Shown in pieces: positions 37,127 through 52,100 of a DNA stretch of 57,162 nucleotides. The stretch spans positions 1-57,162 of the IMG/VR virus record IMGVR_UViG_3300001335_000513. The stretch is one strand, 5' to 3'. A program made the position numbers and the translations under genes. The notes beneath the pieces are model-generated. The model did not search any database. It saw only the letters and a list, made by a program, of their open reading frames with translations, and was not told the origin of the DNA. The stretch's first letter is position 1. The number at the start of each line of letters is the position of its first letter. The stretch is from a virus (lineage: Duplodnaviria; Caudoviricetes).

Positions 37127-40100
37127 ATGCCTGAAGAAATCCAAAAAAATATTCATAAGGAATTAAAAGAAGCAGGAGCGAAAAAAGTTCCTGTACATAA
37201 AGATGGCTTACCTTCTTTTACCTTACCTGCAAATATCGACCCTTTTGACTTATTATTAACAGATGAGGAAAAACTGTTAAAAGAAGAAAAGAATAAAGTT
37301 AAAGAAAACACAGTTGTTCCAAAACCATTTATGCTTGAAAAGCAAGATGGAGATACTCAAGATAAAAAAACAAAAGGAATAGATTCAGAATCTTTAAATA
37401 TTCCTGATCCTATTGATTTAAAAAATAATGAAGTTACACCCGTTTCTAAAGTTGAATCACCAAATATTAAGGGATTCAATGAAAAGTATGCTTTTCTTAT
37501 GGACCAGGAAAAGGTTGATAAGTATCTGGCTGGAAAGATAAAAGATGATGAACTTCCTGAATATCTACATTATAAATTTGATGAAAGTAATGCTACTCCT
37601 GAAGAGAAAAAATACATAAAAGAAAACCCTAAAAATTTTTATACTCAATTAACTTTTACAGGAGATATAGTTCCTCATCCTATAATGAACAGTCATTTGG
37701 TTGAACCTGGGAAAAAAATAGCAAATATAGATGAAGGAACTGCTCCATCAGAAAAACTTGAGGAACGAAGACGCCAAGATAAATACAAAGAAGTATTAAG
37801 TGAAATAATGCCATTTATTGCGAATGAAAATAATTTACTTGATAATTTTTATCAGGATTTAGTAACTGATGACCAATTTATTGAATATAAGGCAAGGTAT
37901 GATGAACACAGTAATATATTAAAATTATATAATGAAGCAAAAACAAAACAAAAAAACAATGAATGGCCATTTAATGAAGAAGCTGAACCAAAAGATAGAA
38001 TTGAAGAAGAAAGAAATTTATTTTTAGGTTTTGGTCGTGGACCGAGAGATGTGGAAAAACAACAAGGAACTATATATGGTATAATGCAAGATTACCAAAA
38101 CAAAAAAATAGATGAATATGTAGAAGATAATTTTTCTGGTATACACACTGAATTTCGTGAACAAATTAAAAATTATTATAAAGAAACAGTTGATGCCAAA
38201 CAAGAAGGTGAAGTTGTTTTACAAAAAACACAAGAAAAACTACAAGAATTAGGTATAAATATTTCTGAAGAAGACATTGATAATATTGCCTTAGAATTAA
38301 ATAATGCTACAACTGAATTAAATACACTTCAAACAAAATTATCTGAAGAAATTAATGAAATACATATTCAAAATGAAGATGAATATCTTTCCTTATCTGA
38401 AAAAATTGAAAACGAATATCGTGGTCAATTATCTTCTTTAAAAAGTTGGGCAGAACAACCTGATATTACAGACCAATCTTATAAAATAAGAGTTGCAGCT
38501 TATAATGATTTGGTAGAAAAATATAACAATGAACATAAACAAGCATACAACAAGTATCTTGAAAATCATAATAAAAATGTTGTAGAAAAATCAAAAGAAT
38601 ATGAAGAATTTCTTAATAAAAAACAAGAAGAATTATTAAAAGACATTTTGGAAAACAGCAATTTTTATTTTGATGAAAAGTCAGATGAATTAAAACTTAA
38701 TGAGGATATAATAAAACAAGTTGAAAAAATATATGAAGAAACATACAAAGAACATAATAAAGAAACACTTTTAAATAATTTAGCGAAGTACAACAGACAA
38801 AATTGGTGGGCAAGAAAAGCCTCAGCTTGGAAAGCTGGATGGGCTGATTTTTGGAGTAGTATGTCTGGTGGTGTTTCATGGATACTTTCGAAAGAAATTG
38901 GGCAAAAATGGGAAGAAATATCAGAAGGTTATGGATGGCTTGGATTTAAAGACCTTGAAATATATTTAAAAAGAAAGGCAAATGAAAAGATTGATATGCA
39001 AACAATGGTAAGAAAGCTTCCACGAGAACATTATGAAGAACTTGGATTTACCGATGAAGAAATAGCAAGATTTGAAGACCATAATTTAGTTGGAACTTTT
39101 TCATACAGAGATTTGCTTACTGAATCATTTTGGACAACAGAATTTATAAGAATGCTTCCTTTGACCACATCTATGCTTGTACCAGCACTTGCTGGTGGTG
39201 TATTAGGACAAAGAATAGGTGGTATTGTTTCAAAAAGATTTATGGGAAACTTATTAAGTAAATCAGGTAAGGTTTATTTAAAGTCTTCTATGGCTGGGAT
39301 AGTTGGTGCAGTTTCTTCAAGACCTTTTGAAAACTTTTTGGAAGCTGGGGGAGCCTGGGTAGAAACATTAGAAAATGGTGGTACATTAAAAGAGGCTGCT
39401 GCCAATGCATCATCTGTTTACCGGTCTAACTGGAACTTGATTGGTTTAGATGCGTTACAAATAGGTTTTGCTTTTACACCATTAAGGGGTAGATTTTTTA
39501 AACTTGTCGGAGTAATGGCTTTTGAAGGTGCCTCAAACAATTTTGAAGAAAGATACCAAGAATGGTTAGTTCACAGACGATTCAATCCTCTTGTAACATT
39601 TTCAGAATATGCAACAAGTCCGGAAGGAAACATGGTTGGAATTTTAGGTACTTTAAATGCATGGGGTTTTATGGTTCCTAATGCAGCCGGAATAGTTTCC
39701 ACTAATGAGAAGAAAGCTAAAAGGAAAATGCAAGCAAATACCCTGGTTAGGCTATTTGAAATTGGGCAAGATTTAACAAAAAGAAAGAAAGAACTTACAC
39801 AAATATTTGAACATTATAAAGCTACAGGCATAATTACCTTCGAAGAATATACCGAAGCACTAAAAATGCTTGAGAAGACTCATAACATTTTGAAGACCAT
39901 CCAGGGAATGGATGATTTTGAATTGAGAGCAGCACAGTTAATGGAGTTGTCAGCAGAAGAAACAGAATTACTTACAAGAATTGCAAATGCAAAAGATGGT
40001 ACAATTTCAGAAGCATTAAAAGAATCACACAAAGATTTAAAAAAGCAAATCAAAGATATTATTTCTGGAAAAGCTCCAGGATACTTTATCAATGGGGTTC

Positions 40101-43100
40101 CGATTAGTAAATCAGAAATTCAAAATCTGTTAGAAAACAAAGAATTTGTTAAACAAGTTATGTCTGGCGTTCACCAGGTTAATATCTTGAATGATTCAGC
40201 TTTACAAAAACAATACAATCAATTAATTGAAAAAAGTGTTAATGAAAATACTGCACTTATAGAAAAATTAAATAAAGCAAGAAAATCTATAACAAAACAA
40301 ATTTTAGAAGAAAAGATTAGTTTGAAACCTAACAAGAATAAATTAATAAGTCTTGTTAAACGATTAGCACATATTGAAAAAGTAAAAAACAAAGTACTTG
40401 GTAAAATAGCTGTAGGAAAACAAACCAGGCGTGCTGACAAGTTATCTCCTTCTATTAAAGGAAAGGGTCGTGTAAGAATAAAAAGGGCTGTAAAGGCTTT
40501 AAAAAGCGTTAAAAGTCCAGAACAAGCAGTTGCGATAATTTACGATTTTGAAAAAACACTTGGGATGGGTGCTACAGCAACTGCGGCTGAGAAAGCATAT
40601 ATAACAAGAACCAAAAATAGGTTGTCAAAACTTGGATATACATGGTCAAATCCAACGCACCAAGTTTATGATGAAAAAAGTAATGTTGAAGTTGTAGGTT
40701 ATAAAGAAAATACAAAGTTACTATTCGGTCAAAGAATTATTGGTGAAGTAATATCTCCTGAGATATCTAAAGATGGAAAGGTTGTTAGTCCAGCAAAAGT
40801 TATATTAGAAGTTGGTGTAGCAAAAGAGAATGCTTTAACAGCCCAAGAATATTCAGATAAATTTTTTGCAGACCGGGAAAAAAGAAAAGGAAAAGTAGAT
40901 GTTGTAGAAGTAAAGGAAAAGCAACAACTTAAAGCCAAAGAACTTATTGAAAAAGTTGCTAAAGAATTGGGTTATGAACATATTCCTACAAGAAACGAAA
41001 ATGACTTGGGTAGTCCTGCTACTGGCACAAAAACTTTGTTTGATGAAGCAGAAAAAGGTGAACATGAATTCCCACCATCAGTTAACAAAGGTGATGTTCT
41101 TGAAGTTCGTTTAGAAAAAAATACAAAAGGAAAAAGAGTACCTTCTCGTATTGACCCTAAACGTCCAAAATACAAACATTTTCTTAGTTTGTTTAAAGAC
41201 GGCAAATTAGTAGGTGCAATAGCTTACGAAAGTAATCAGGAAAAAGCTGTTCTGAAACTTTTGGAATCAGGGAAAAAAGTTTATGCCTTGGTTACTAAAG
41301 CAAATGCTCCATTTGGGTTTAATTATGAATTGTTAAGCGAAACCGATGATAAACCACAAGAGGACGGTAATAATGTTTTAAATTCAATAGAAATCCCAAG
41401 TATAGAAGAAATTGGAAAAGTTAAATCCAAAAATGAACTTTTCGAATTTGTAAAAGAATTTATGAAAGGTAATAATAGGAAAATTTCATTACTTGTTGAA
41501 GAAGAAATTAAAAATCATTTGCTTGAAAAATTATTTAAAAATGTAGGAAATGCATCTTTACCGTATGTTGAAGCAATGCCTGGTTTGTTAATACAAAGAA
41601 CTACTCGGTCAATTAAAAATACAAAAGAAGCACGTTATAATGCGTTTGTAAGAGTTGATTCTGAAGCATACAAAAGATATCGTGGTTACTTAACCAGTAA
41701 AGTCATTAAAGTACATAATCAGGATTATGTAGCATTAACCAGTCAATTTTATTTGGTGACACCTGATGAGTTAAAAGAATTTAAGAAAAAGTACAGGAAA
41801 ATTTCAAAAGGCATTTTCGAAATGAAACCCGCCAGTCGGGTAAATATTGGATCAATAATAAGAAAATTTTTAAATGCAACACAATCCTTAGAAGGAGAAA
41901 CAATATTATGGGATAACTTAAACAAAGGTCTTGAATTGAATGAACACATTAGTAATATTTTAGAAGAAGAACTTAAGAAAAATACCAAAGAAAACAGGGA
42001 AGCTACAAAAAATTTATTACTCAGTTTATTTCCAAGTCAAGATAAATTCATTGATGAATTATTAGATAATATGAGTGATAATTTCATTTCAAGAATTATT
42101 GTTACAACTGCAAAACTTAGAAAGGGTGTAGCTGCAAATGTTACAGCAGTAGAAAATATTCCATTCAAAGACAATTCTTTTTTAAATCAACTACTCGAAA
42201 TTAGTAATTTGTTTAAGAATAATATTTCGTACAGACAAATTATTACCATAATGAGTAAAAATCAAACTCCATATATTGGTCTTAAAGAATATTTTAAACA
42301 TATAAATAATTTAATTTATGAAGAAGAAAGGGAAGGCACAGATATTACCCAAGAAGAACTTTTTCTTTTGAAAGATTACATAACTAAGTGGGATGGTTTT
42401 TATAAATATCTTAAAACAGTTAATTTCAAACATACGAAATTAACAATTATGTATTTAGCTGGTTATGGAAAGATTGCAAGTTACAAATTGGATAGGATGA
42501 TAATACAGGCCAGGCATTCTATACAAACTTCATTTGAGTCTAAACTGATAGAACTTAATAAAGAAACTCTTGATGAATTACAACTAAAAAAGTTAAGGTT
42601 AATATTGAACATAAAAGAAATGTTCTTTCTTGATCGTTATGGCAAGTATAATATTGAATCTGGAAGTTTACCAAATGATTTAAAGTATAGAATTTATGAC
42701 ATAAAATTAGCTGAAGAATATTCATCTATATATTCTTTCTATCATGAATGCTTACATGCACTTGATTTTTTAACAAAAGGAACAAAGGAAAATAAGAGTC
42801 TACATAAATTTGTAGAAAATTTATATTCAATACCAAAAGTAAAAGAATATTTTGATAATGTAGTTGATCCTTCGTACATTAAAATTCATGGAGAAAATTA
42901 CAATGAAGCATATAGAAGGGCAGAAAGATTTGCTCATATATTAACAGCAATTGTACAAAAAAAAGGTGAATTATGGCAAATAATAAAGATGTCATATATA
43001 TCAAATGGTAAAGATTATGTAAGCTTAATTACTGTATTAAAAGCCTTAATAAATGATTTATTACAATTATTTTTTGGTAATAGATTTAAGGTACAAAATG

Positions 43101-46100
43101 AAGTAAACTTATCAGAATTGGATAAAATAAATCAACAGGTTTATGATTTATTTAGCCGAAAAGATTTGTTTGAAGAGTATTATTACGAAGTTAATGATAT
43201 GAAAATTGGTGTACAACTCAGTACTCCAGAATCATATAAAAATCTTGAAGAAAAGTTACAAAAATTAATTGAAAAATCTGAACAAGAAGGTTTAATCAAA
43301 GATTATAAAGTCTTTGTTAAGATAGATGATAAATTACAAGAAAGCGAATTGTTTAAGAGGATAAATAAAATTTATTCTTATTCAGATGCTTTAAAGATAT
43401 ATCATTTAACGAAACTTCCTGAATTCAAAAAATGGTTCAAAGGGAGTGTAATTGTAAACAGGCAAGGTGAACCATTATTAATGCATCACGGTTCCAACAG
43501 ATTGAGAAATAGATTTTCTTTTGAAGGACTGGCCAAAATTGCTCGTGGCGGTACGCATGGTTTTGGATTTGGTCATTATACCACAAATGTTTTTAAAAGA
43601 GCATTAGAAGAATATTCTAAAGAAGATAAAAGAATAATAAGTTACATATCAAAGAAATACAGTCATTTTGAAAGACAAGCAGCTCCTGAAAACATAGTTT
43701 ATGATATGTTTTTAAACTTAAAAAAAGTATTTAAACTTGATGAAGCTTTAACTGATGAACAAATAAAGGAATTTGAAAATATTGATGTTTTTATTTATGA
43801 AGAAGGTAATGAACCTGATTTAAAATACCGTTTTAATACAGAATTTTCTGGTTCAGCTTATATAAGACCTTCTCAAGTTAAGTATCATATTTCTGAATCC
43901 GGAGAATTAACAATAGTTAAAAACAAATTAGATACTTTACCACCATATATACTTTATATATTGATTAGTGAAAGAAACCAGTTAGAATATGAAGAGGGTC
44001 GAATTACACCAGATGATTTTGAAGAAAAATGGGATGAAGCTATTCATTCTTTAAATTACATAAGTGATGAATATACTATTGGAATGATGATTACATCTAT
44101 ACAATTAGATGAACTTGGTTATGATGGAATTGAACATTTAAGAAGAGATAGAAGTGGAGAAGTCCATTACATTATTTTTGATGGTAATAATATGAAATCC
44201 GTAAATAATTACGGAAATTTTCAAAAAGAAAGCGATAACATATATTATAGTTTGGACACTGAAGAAGGTGATAAAATACTTGATCCTGAATCTGTAAGCA
44301 AAAAGGAATATACAGAAAAAGCAATAAACGAATTAAAAGCATATATTCCGTTACTGATTGAAAATGGACTTACTAAAAAATCTCAAATAAAAGAAGGACT
44401 CAAGGTTTTAACTGCAAAAAGCACCAATTCAGAACTAATAAGCAAAATCATAGATGAAAATATTGGAAAAATTCTTGGTAAAGGTGGTTTTCAAAACATA
44501 AGACTTTCAAAGGAAGACCCTGGCACATTAATATCGAACAAAGAAGCGAAAGAACTTAAAGAAGCATTAGGATTTGTTGTTGATGAAAATTTAATGGAAG
44601 ATGACGAACTTATTGAGGTAACTGAATCTTTTTTTATTACTCAGGAAAAAAGAATTGAAGCACAAAGAGCTGTTTTCAGGAGATTTATGAATCAATTAAA
44701 AAGAAAGTATGGAATTCAAGACCCTGAACGCTTAATATACAATGTAATTCGCAGAAAGGACTTCAAAAAAGCCTTACATAACCAAGAAACGTTTGACAAA
44801 TACATTGAGAATCTCAAAAAAACTCAACCGGAAATATACAAAGCAATAAAGGAAGATCAAATTATATCTTTAGATGAATTGGTAAGTCTTGAGGTATTTT
44901 ACGGAAGTTTAGTTCTTTTACAATCTGTAGTTGCTGACGTAAGAGATAACAGGTCAATTAAAATTTATAACAGAAATAAAGAAATTGACATTGTAGGTTT
45001 AGAAAGAAAAGCAAAACAGAATATTCGAACTTTCACTTACGAAAATGAACTTGATCCGAATAAAGCATTAACAAAAATATATTGGGATTACTTTATTAAA
45101 AGAGATAATAATCAGCCTTCTTATGAACATCAGATAAAAGATTTGTACAGGAACCAACCTGATAAAATGATGAGTGAACTCATTGATTTGTATTGTAACT
45201 TTTTGGAAGAAGTTACAGGAGTTAACGCATCAGTTTGGGAAGGTTACTTCACTGTAGAAAACGAAAAGAAATTTATAACTTCTCAGGGGAAAGAACAACC
45301 AGGTATCATTTATTTTATGAATGCTGATGCAATTAAAAAACCTAATACATCTTTGGCTGTTCAAAAATATTTTTTGGATAAAGATGTAAAAGGTAATGAT
45401 TCGAAAATATTAAGACTTGTACGTTTTGGAAAATTTGTTGATAGCATATCTTTTTCTTTCAATAATGTTGTTAACAACAGAGAAGTCAGTTTTGAATTAT
45501 ACAGTACTCTTTTGAAAGAAGCTGAAAACTTGCACAAATATGCGAAACAAAAGCGATTCAAAAGTAATGGATATGTACAATGGATTGCCAGTACAGGTCA
45601 ATCTGCAGAAATTGTAAAATTTAACGGTATTATAAGTCAAAAAAGCAATAAAGGTCAAGAAGCATTTAAGATGGATAATACTTCCTTATTGGAAGTTTTG
45701 ATGGCTATGTTTAACAAATCGACAGATGACACTTATATGCAATATCTTGGTCAGTTTGCAGATAAAAAGCAAACATACCTGGCAAGGGTAAAAAAGGTAC
45801 ATGATGCTAAAAAAGTATATGAAGAACTTTATGAAAACATAAAGGATAAAAAATTAAAAAATAAACTTGTTGATCCAAAACTAATTACTGATGAATACTT
45901 GTACGATACTTTTTCAGAACTAATAAGAGGAAGTAGCGAATTCAAAAATATTCGTAGCAGAAATGAAATAATTACATTTTTGAAAGAATTCTATTTTAAC
46001 TATTCGCTAAATAAATATTGGACAAATGAAGCTTTTCACGGAAATCTTGATAATTATAATGCTTACACAAGATTTATCAAAATAGCTGGTTCTACAAATT

Positions 46101-49100
46101 CACCTGGATATATACCTAACATTTACGTTGAAGGTGGTGTAGGTCAAACCCATAATCATATGATTATAAGTGACAAAATCAATAAATTGGGTTTACCCGC
46201 TCTTGATGGAATTGTATTGATAACACAAGATTATGCAAATAAACTTGAAAAGTCGTTAGGTTCTGTACTGAGTCGTTCAAAGCAATACAAACTAATGGAT
46301 AGTTGTAAAGCACTTTATTCTGAAATCGATTCACAGGGTAATCATATAGTTACAAAAGGCAATATGATTGTTATAGATAACCTTGCTAATGCTTTCCCAA
46401 ATTCAGGTTATGCAAAGTTATTTGAGATAATGAAGAAAAATGGAATTGATATGGTTTCTTCATACCCTTCAACGACAAAAATAACAAATGAAAAAGCAAC
46501 TGAAGTTTTCGATAAGAATGGAAACATATTAAAAAATATATCACTGACAATTTATAAAAGATCAAATGAAAACATTTTTGTCCAACAAGATTTAAGACAT
46601 TCAACAAATCCAAACAAGAAAAAACTTCCAAAACAAACAATATCTAACTTATTACATCTGGGTATATCAACAGATGTTGTAAGATTAATCAGAAGGTATA
46701 ATAACCATATGATTAGTGAAATCGAAAACTATACCTGGGAGAAATGGAAAGAACTTCTTTCTGAACAAATGGATGAAGAACGCTTTGAAGATTTATTATT
46801 ATACATCGAAATGGATGGGAATGAGTTTAATCCATTTTACGACAATATTCTTTCGAAATTCAAATCTTCTATTATAAAAAAGAATGCTTTTGATTTAAAG
46901 GTTAGCAGGGTAGCTTTACAAGAAGTTCCGGATATTGATAACACACTTGAATCAATGAAAATTGTTAAGTACGATGGGAAAGAAGTAATTAGGCTTCCCA
47001 GAGTAAATCTTAACATAAAAGGCATACGTTATACAGAAGACAGTCCTGTATTCACAAAGAAATCTTCAGCAATAAGTTATGCTTCCAAATTTGATGATAT
47101 GCTCGATGAAAACGGTGATGTAAGAGTTTGGGAAATAGATGAGATTGTATCAAAAGGTAAAAAAACATATGTTGTACCAGGTGAATATGTATTTACAACA
47201 AGAGTACCTGCTGACTTTCTACATTCTCATGTAGTTCATCGTGCTAATAAAAGAATACCTGGTGCTGGTAATATCATTATTACTGACAATGAAACACAAA
47301 ATAACGCTGGTAGTGACTTTGATGGAGACAAACGTTATGTAATGACATATGGAAGAACTAAAGCTGGTAAAATTATTCGTCAGGTAAAAGAAACTTTGAC
47401 AAAGTTTGTTGATATATCAGAAAGTGAAAAGAAAAGTCCGTATTTTCAAAAGGATTTAAGAAAGTTTCAAAAAGCAACTAAATTCATTGCTAATGGTGAA
47501 GAAGGTACAAGTACAAGAGCATATGCCAATGCTGTAGATTCAGACATTTATATGACTGGAAACTACAGTCCACAAGATAGAGTTGCTTATTCGGTTAATG
47601 GTGGTACAAATGCTGTAGAAGATGCTGAAAGTATTAAACCAGAATTAAAAAAAGCAATGGATGCCGGTGCAACTATTATTGGTGATAATGAATTTCACAG
47701 GTCTCGTAAATACAATGCTGGCGAAAGAATAATTGCTGAATATTTGGAAGAAAATGGATATGAAGAAATTGGTGAAGGTATTTGGGAACCTATAGAAGGA
47801 AAAGAAGATAAAATAAAAGAAGACAAGAATATCACTGAGAAGAATTCTTTGCTTAATGAAATTTTAGATTTGATAGCAGTAGCTTGGTACGAACCAGCAA
47901 ATTACGGAATTATTAATGAAGCTATTGATAAAAATAAGTATGATGAAACATATGAAAACCTTGAAAAAAATATTGGGAAAACAAGATTATTCAATGATAT
48001 TGTTGAAGATTTTAGGGCAAGGAACGAAATTCGTGCCGGTGCTGTTTCTGTTGGTATAGCAGCTAATATTTCAACATTATGGAGTTTTTTAAGAAATGCT
48101 AAAATTAAATACAAAACCAAGTTTAACATACCTTTTCCAATTTATGAAAGCACTGATCCTAAAAAGTTACTTCGGTGGGTAAGTATTGGTGAAATTTCTG
48201 AAGATAACGAAAATATTTTAAAAAATCATTTCGGGAACTTGTTAAATATAATGCTTGATAATGTTAAAGACCCGAAAATTGAAAGAATGGGTTGGAATGA
48301 TGTTACTGCTCCAATTGGATTATTCCTCTTAATGTCAATGCCGGAAATGGACCAAAAGATGAGTTATGATGAAAATGTAGTAAAATGGATTGACCAAATA
48401 TCTACTTATCTTAACACACCTTTAGTTAAAGAATATGTAAAGTTAAAAAGGAAAATCATGAATCCTTCTTTTAACTTTAAGAAAAAAGAAATGTGGAATA
48501 TTTTATCAAGCAATCAAAAATTTGATAAAGCAGAAATTGCCACATTAAAACTTTTAGAAAGAACTGTTGATGAAATGAATTCTTTTACTGATTTCGTTAA
48601 CTTGATTTTTGAAATTCCAGACAGTCCTGGTAAACTATATCTTGCTGAATCAGTATTACATCGTATTGCTCATAATAAATATAACCTTTATAATCTTGAA
48701 AATATTATAGATAATACAGGTTTCAAAGGAATGTTTGGATTGGCTCAAGAATCTTACAATGCAAGTCTTGAAAAAGTATTTGGAAACAGTGTTGAAACTT
48801 GGAGTATAACTAATACAGTAGTTAAAGCATTAGCAAAAAACAAGTCAGTGTATGAAAGAAATATTTCTCCAAAAGGTTTAGAAAGCATAGAAGCTCTTGG
48901 TTTTATGAGTGAAGATGAATTAAAGAAGATTGTTCGAGGAATAAAACAATTAATATCTGTAGTTGCCTTTTCAAATGGATTGACTTTTGAACAATTAGAA
49001 AACGATATCACAGATTTCATGAAAGAAAATCAGATGAATGATTTTGTTCAAATGTTACAGTTTGTGAATTACGAAGAAAAAGAATTAAATGTTGGAGTAA

Positions 49101-52100
49101 AACCAAGACAATTTATTCAGATACGTGATAATTATCGTCATGTTCCGGCAAGCAAATTTTATATTAATGCTGCCAGGAAAGCTTTCCAAGAAATGTCAAT
49201 TCCTTTACAAAATAAATTCATTGCTTATGGTATAATGAAGTATGGATTAACATTAAGTTCATTTCAAGGTGGATATATGTCTTTAATACCTGTAGATACT
49301 CAGGTACGAATAGGAAATATAATGGCATATTACTTCAGGCAGAGTTCGTATAATTCTGAAAGTTTTACACAATATATTGAAACGAACAGTTTGATAGAAA
49401 TGTTACAGATGTTTAATTCTGAATATGATTTATCTGATACATTTAAAGGTGTTTTCAAAAATGGAATTCCTGATCCTAACAAGATAGATGTTTTTATTCA
49501 AGGTATATTAAAGATTGGATACGAAGCTAAAGAAAAAAAACAAAATGTTGGTGATGCTATAGGACAGTATGTACATGATAATTTTCCTGAATTAACACCT
49601 TTATACAAATATTGGGTAGAAGAGTTCAGTCCTTTACAAAACAGTATGAGGTTCGGGCAATTTCTTGCTGAAAAAAGAACTTGGTTTGAAATATGGGATG
49701 AAAGATTAAAACAATTACAACAAGACAATGGTATTTTGTATGCTGATATCTTTGGCATAAAAGCTCTTATATTCAATCCATTAATTTCAGTTATAAGGGC
49801 TATGTTGAAACTTTATGGAGCAGCATTAAGTGAAAAAGCAGCAATAAGACAAGTATTACAATTTATTTATGATCCCAATAAATTCTATAGAAATATGGAA
49901 GAACGAGGGATGGAAGATATAACTAAAACTGATGAGTTTAAAGCTTTGGTTGAAGTATTAAATGAAAATCCTTTGTTGGTACAGAAAATGAAGGACAGAT
50001 GGAAAAATGAAGGTGGTATCGATGAAATCGAAAACAAACTTGCCGATTTATACTCGTTTGTAATGGACTTGTCAGACAGTAAGGTTTTCAACAAATATCA
50101 TCGTGACAGATGGATACTTGCCGAAAGTGCTAAAGCAAAAGATGAATTACAAAAGATATTCAAAGGTAATTTGTCAAACTCAGATTTTGCAACTTTTGTT
50201 AGATTACTTGAAATAATTCCACGGTTAAAGAAAGGAAAAAAACTTCCAAGAGAAGCTGATATTTTCAAGGATAAGTTAATGAAAAAAGGTATATCTGAAA
50301 ACGATGTGGATAATATGAGTATTCACATGAAAATCTTTTGTTATTTCAATGACCGTTCAGCAACAAAACAGGTTACAGTCAAAACAAAAGAAGAAACAAC
50401 AGAGCATCCTGCACCAATGAGTGAAGAAACTTATTTGGATAAGAAAAAAATACCTCAAAATGCACCTTTATATACTGATGAAGAATTCGATATTCCAGAA
50501 GATATGCCAATATCACTTCAAAGGTTAATAAGAAATCCTGAAGCCGATGAAAATGCAAAAGCTATTTATGCAAGATATATATTATCAATATATAAACTTT
50601 GGCAACAAATGGAGTTACTTAAAGAGGTTAACTTTAACAATTTAAATGCAAAAGACATCAAAATATTACGGTTAGTAAAAACTCGTATCCAAAGTTTGGA
50701 TACATTCGCTGTACAAAATGTTTTGGATTTTCTGAACCATATTCTCGGGATGAAAGAAATGATGAATCAAGTGGTTACAGAAATGGAATATGGCAATCCT
50801 CAAACACCTGGGTTAGCTATGATTTTTGTTGTAGACTTATACAAAAACAAAAGTCTTGGTGAATTCAAAGCAAATAGATTTGCTCCTTTTAAAACATTTT
50901 TCATTCACCGATATGAAATTCATAAAAATATGCCAGGTGTACAATTATTTGTTCAGAAACTTTCTGAAACACACCGGTTGGCCAAACAAGAACAAAATTA
51001 TTATAAATCCATACTTAGAGATTGTTTAAAAGGATTAAAAGGGATAAAATCACAAAATTACGTTAAGTGGGATGATGAAAATGTAGATGGTACACCAAGT
51101 TCTGACCGTTACTTTATAAATCCTAAAATGATTTCAGGTGAAAAATTTTACGGAAAAAAGTTAACAGAACAACAGAATAATTCTTTTCAAATATTAAGAA
51201 GTATTTATGGTCACAAAGATTTCGAAAAAAGAAAGGGAGAGGTAACAAATCTTTCTGATAAAATGATTCAACAATTTATCAGTTATTACAATTTGTATAA
51301 TATGGTTGTAGATTTTTATAAAAAATACAATCCAGGGTATTCTGTTTTACAAGAAAATCATGACTTAAGTAATGCACCATATATACTTGTTCCAACTGCT
51401 TTTATCAGTCCTAATGAGTTTTTTAGTAAATACGTTTTGAATAAAGATACTTTGAAAGACCCAACAAAGTTGGGAAAATATAAGTTAGTGTATAATGCCT
51501 TAAAACCAAGTTCTCTGGACAATTTTTTGGGTAATGATGCTGGTGAGACTTTAGGACAAATAAAAGCTAAGGTGGCTGATATAATTTATTATTATGGACC
51601 TACAAAAGCATACAAAATACTTCGTGATGCAAAAAAATATGCTACAAGACAAAAACAAGTAGAAAGAAAAGATATTGCCATTGCCAAAGAAGATGTAATG
51701 ACTGTAAAAAATAACAATACAGGTAAGTTAGATTTTCCATTAGATTTACATACGCAAGATATAGGTTATGCTTTGTCATTAATGATAAATTCAGTTGTTA
51801 ACAGTTATTATATGGCTGCAATAGAACCATTCATGTCATACGTTAATGATAAACATAAAGGAAGTGAATTAAGAGATTCTCCATATAGTTATATGAAAAG
51901 AGAACTGTATCATGAAATTTATGGATTACGTTCGGAAGATGAATATAATCCTTATTATCTTGCATTGAAATTTTTTACGACCTTAACGGCATTTTCTGTA
52001 CTTCCATTTAATATTGGTGCTTTTTGGGGAAACCTTGCAGCAGGTATATTTCAAAATTTAATTATGCATCCTGTGCGATATACGAGTGGAATTGCAAAAA

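Noticed and set aside
38697-50094. Many short minus-strand ORFs inside the vRNAP gene, and similar antisense ORFs elsewhere
   Set aside because: Shadow ORFs of long sense genes, with F/S/L-rich reverse-frame composition
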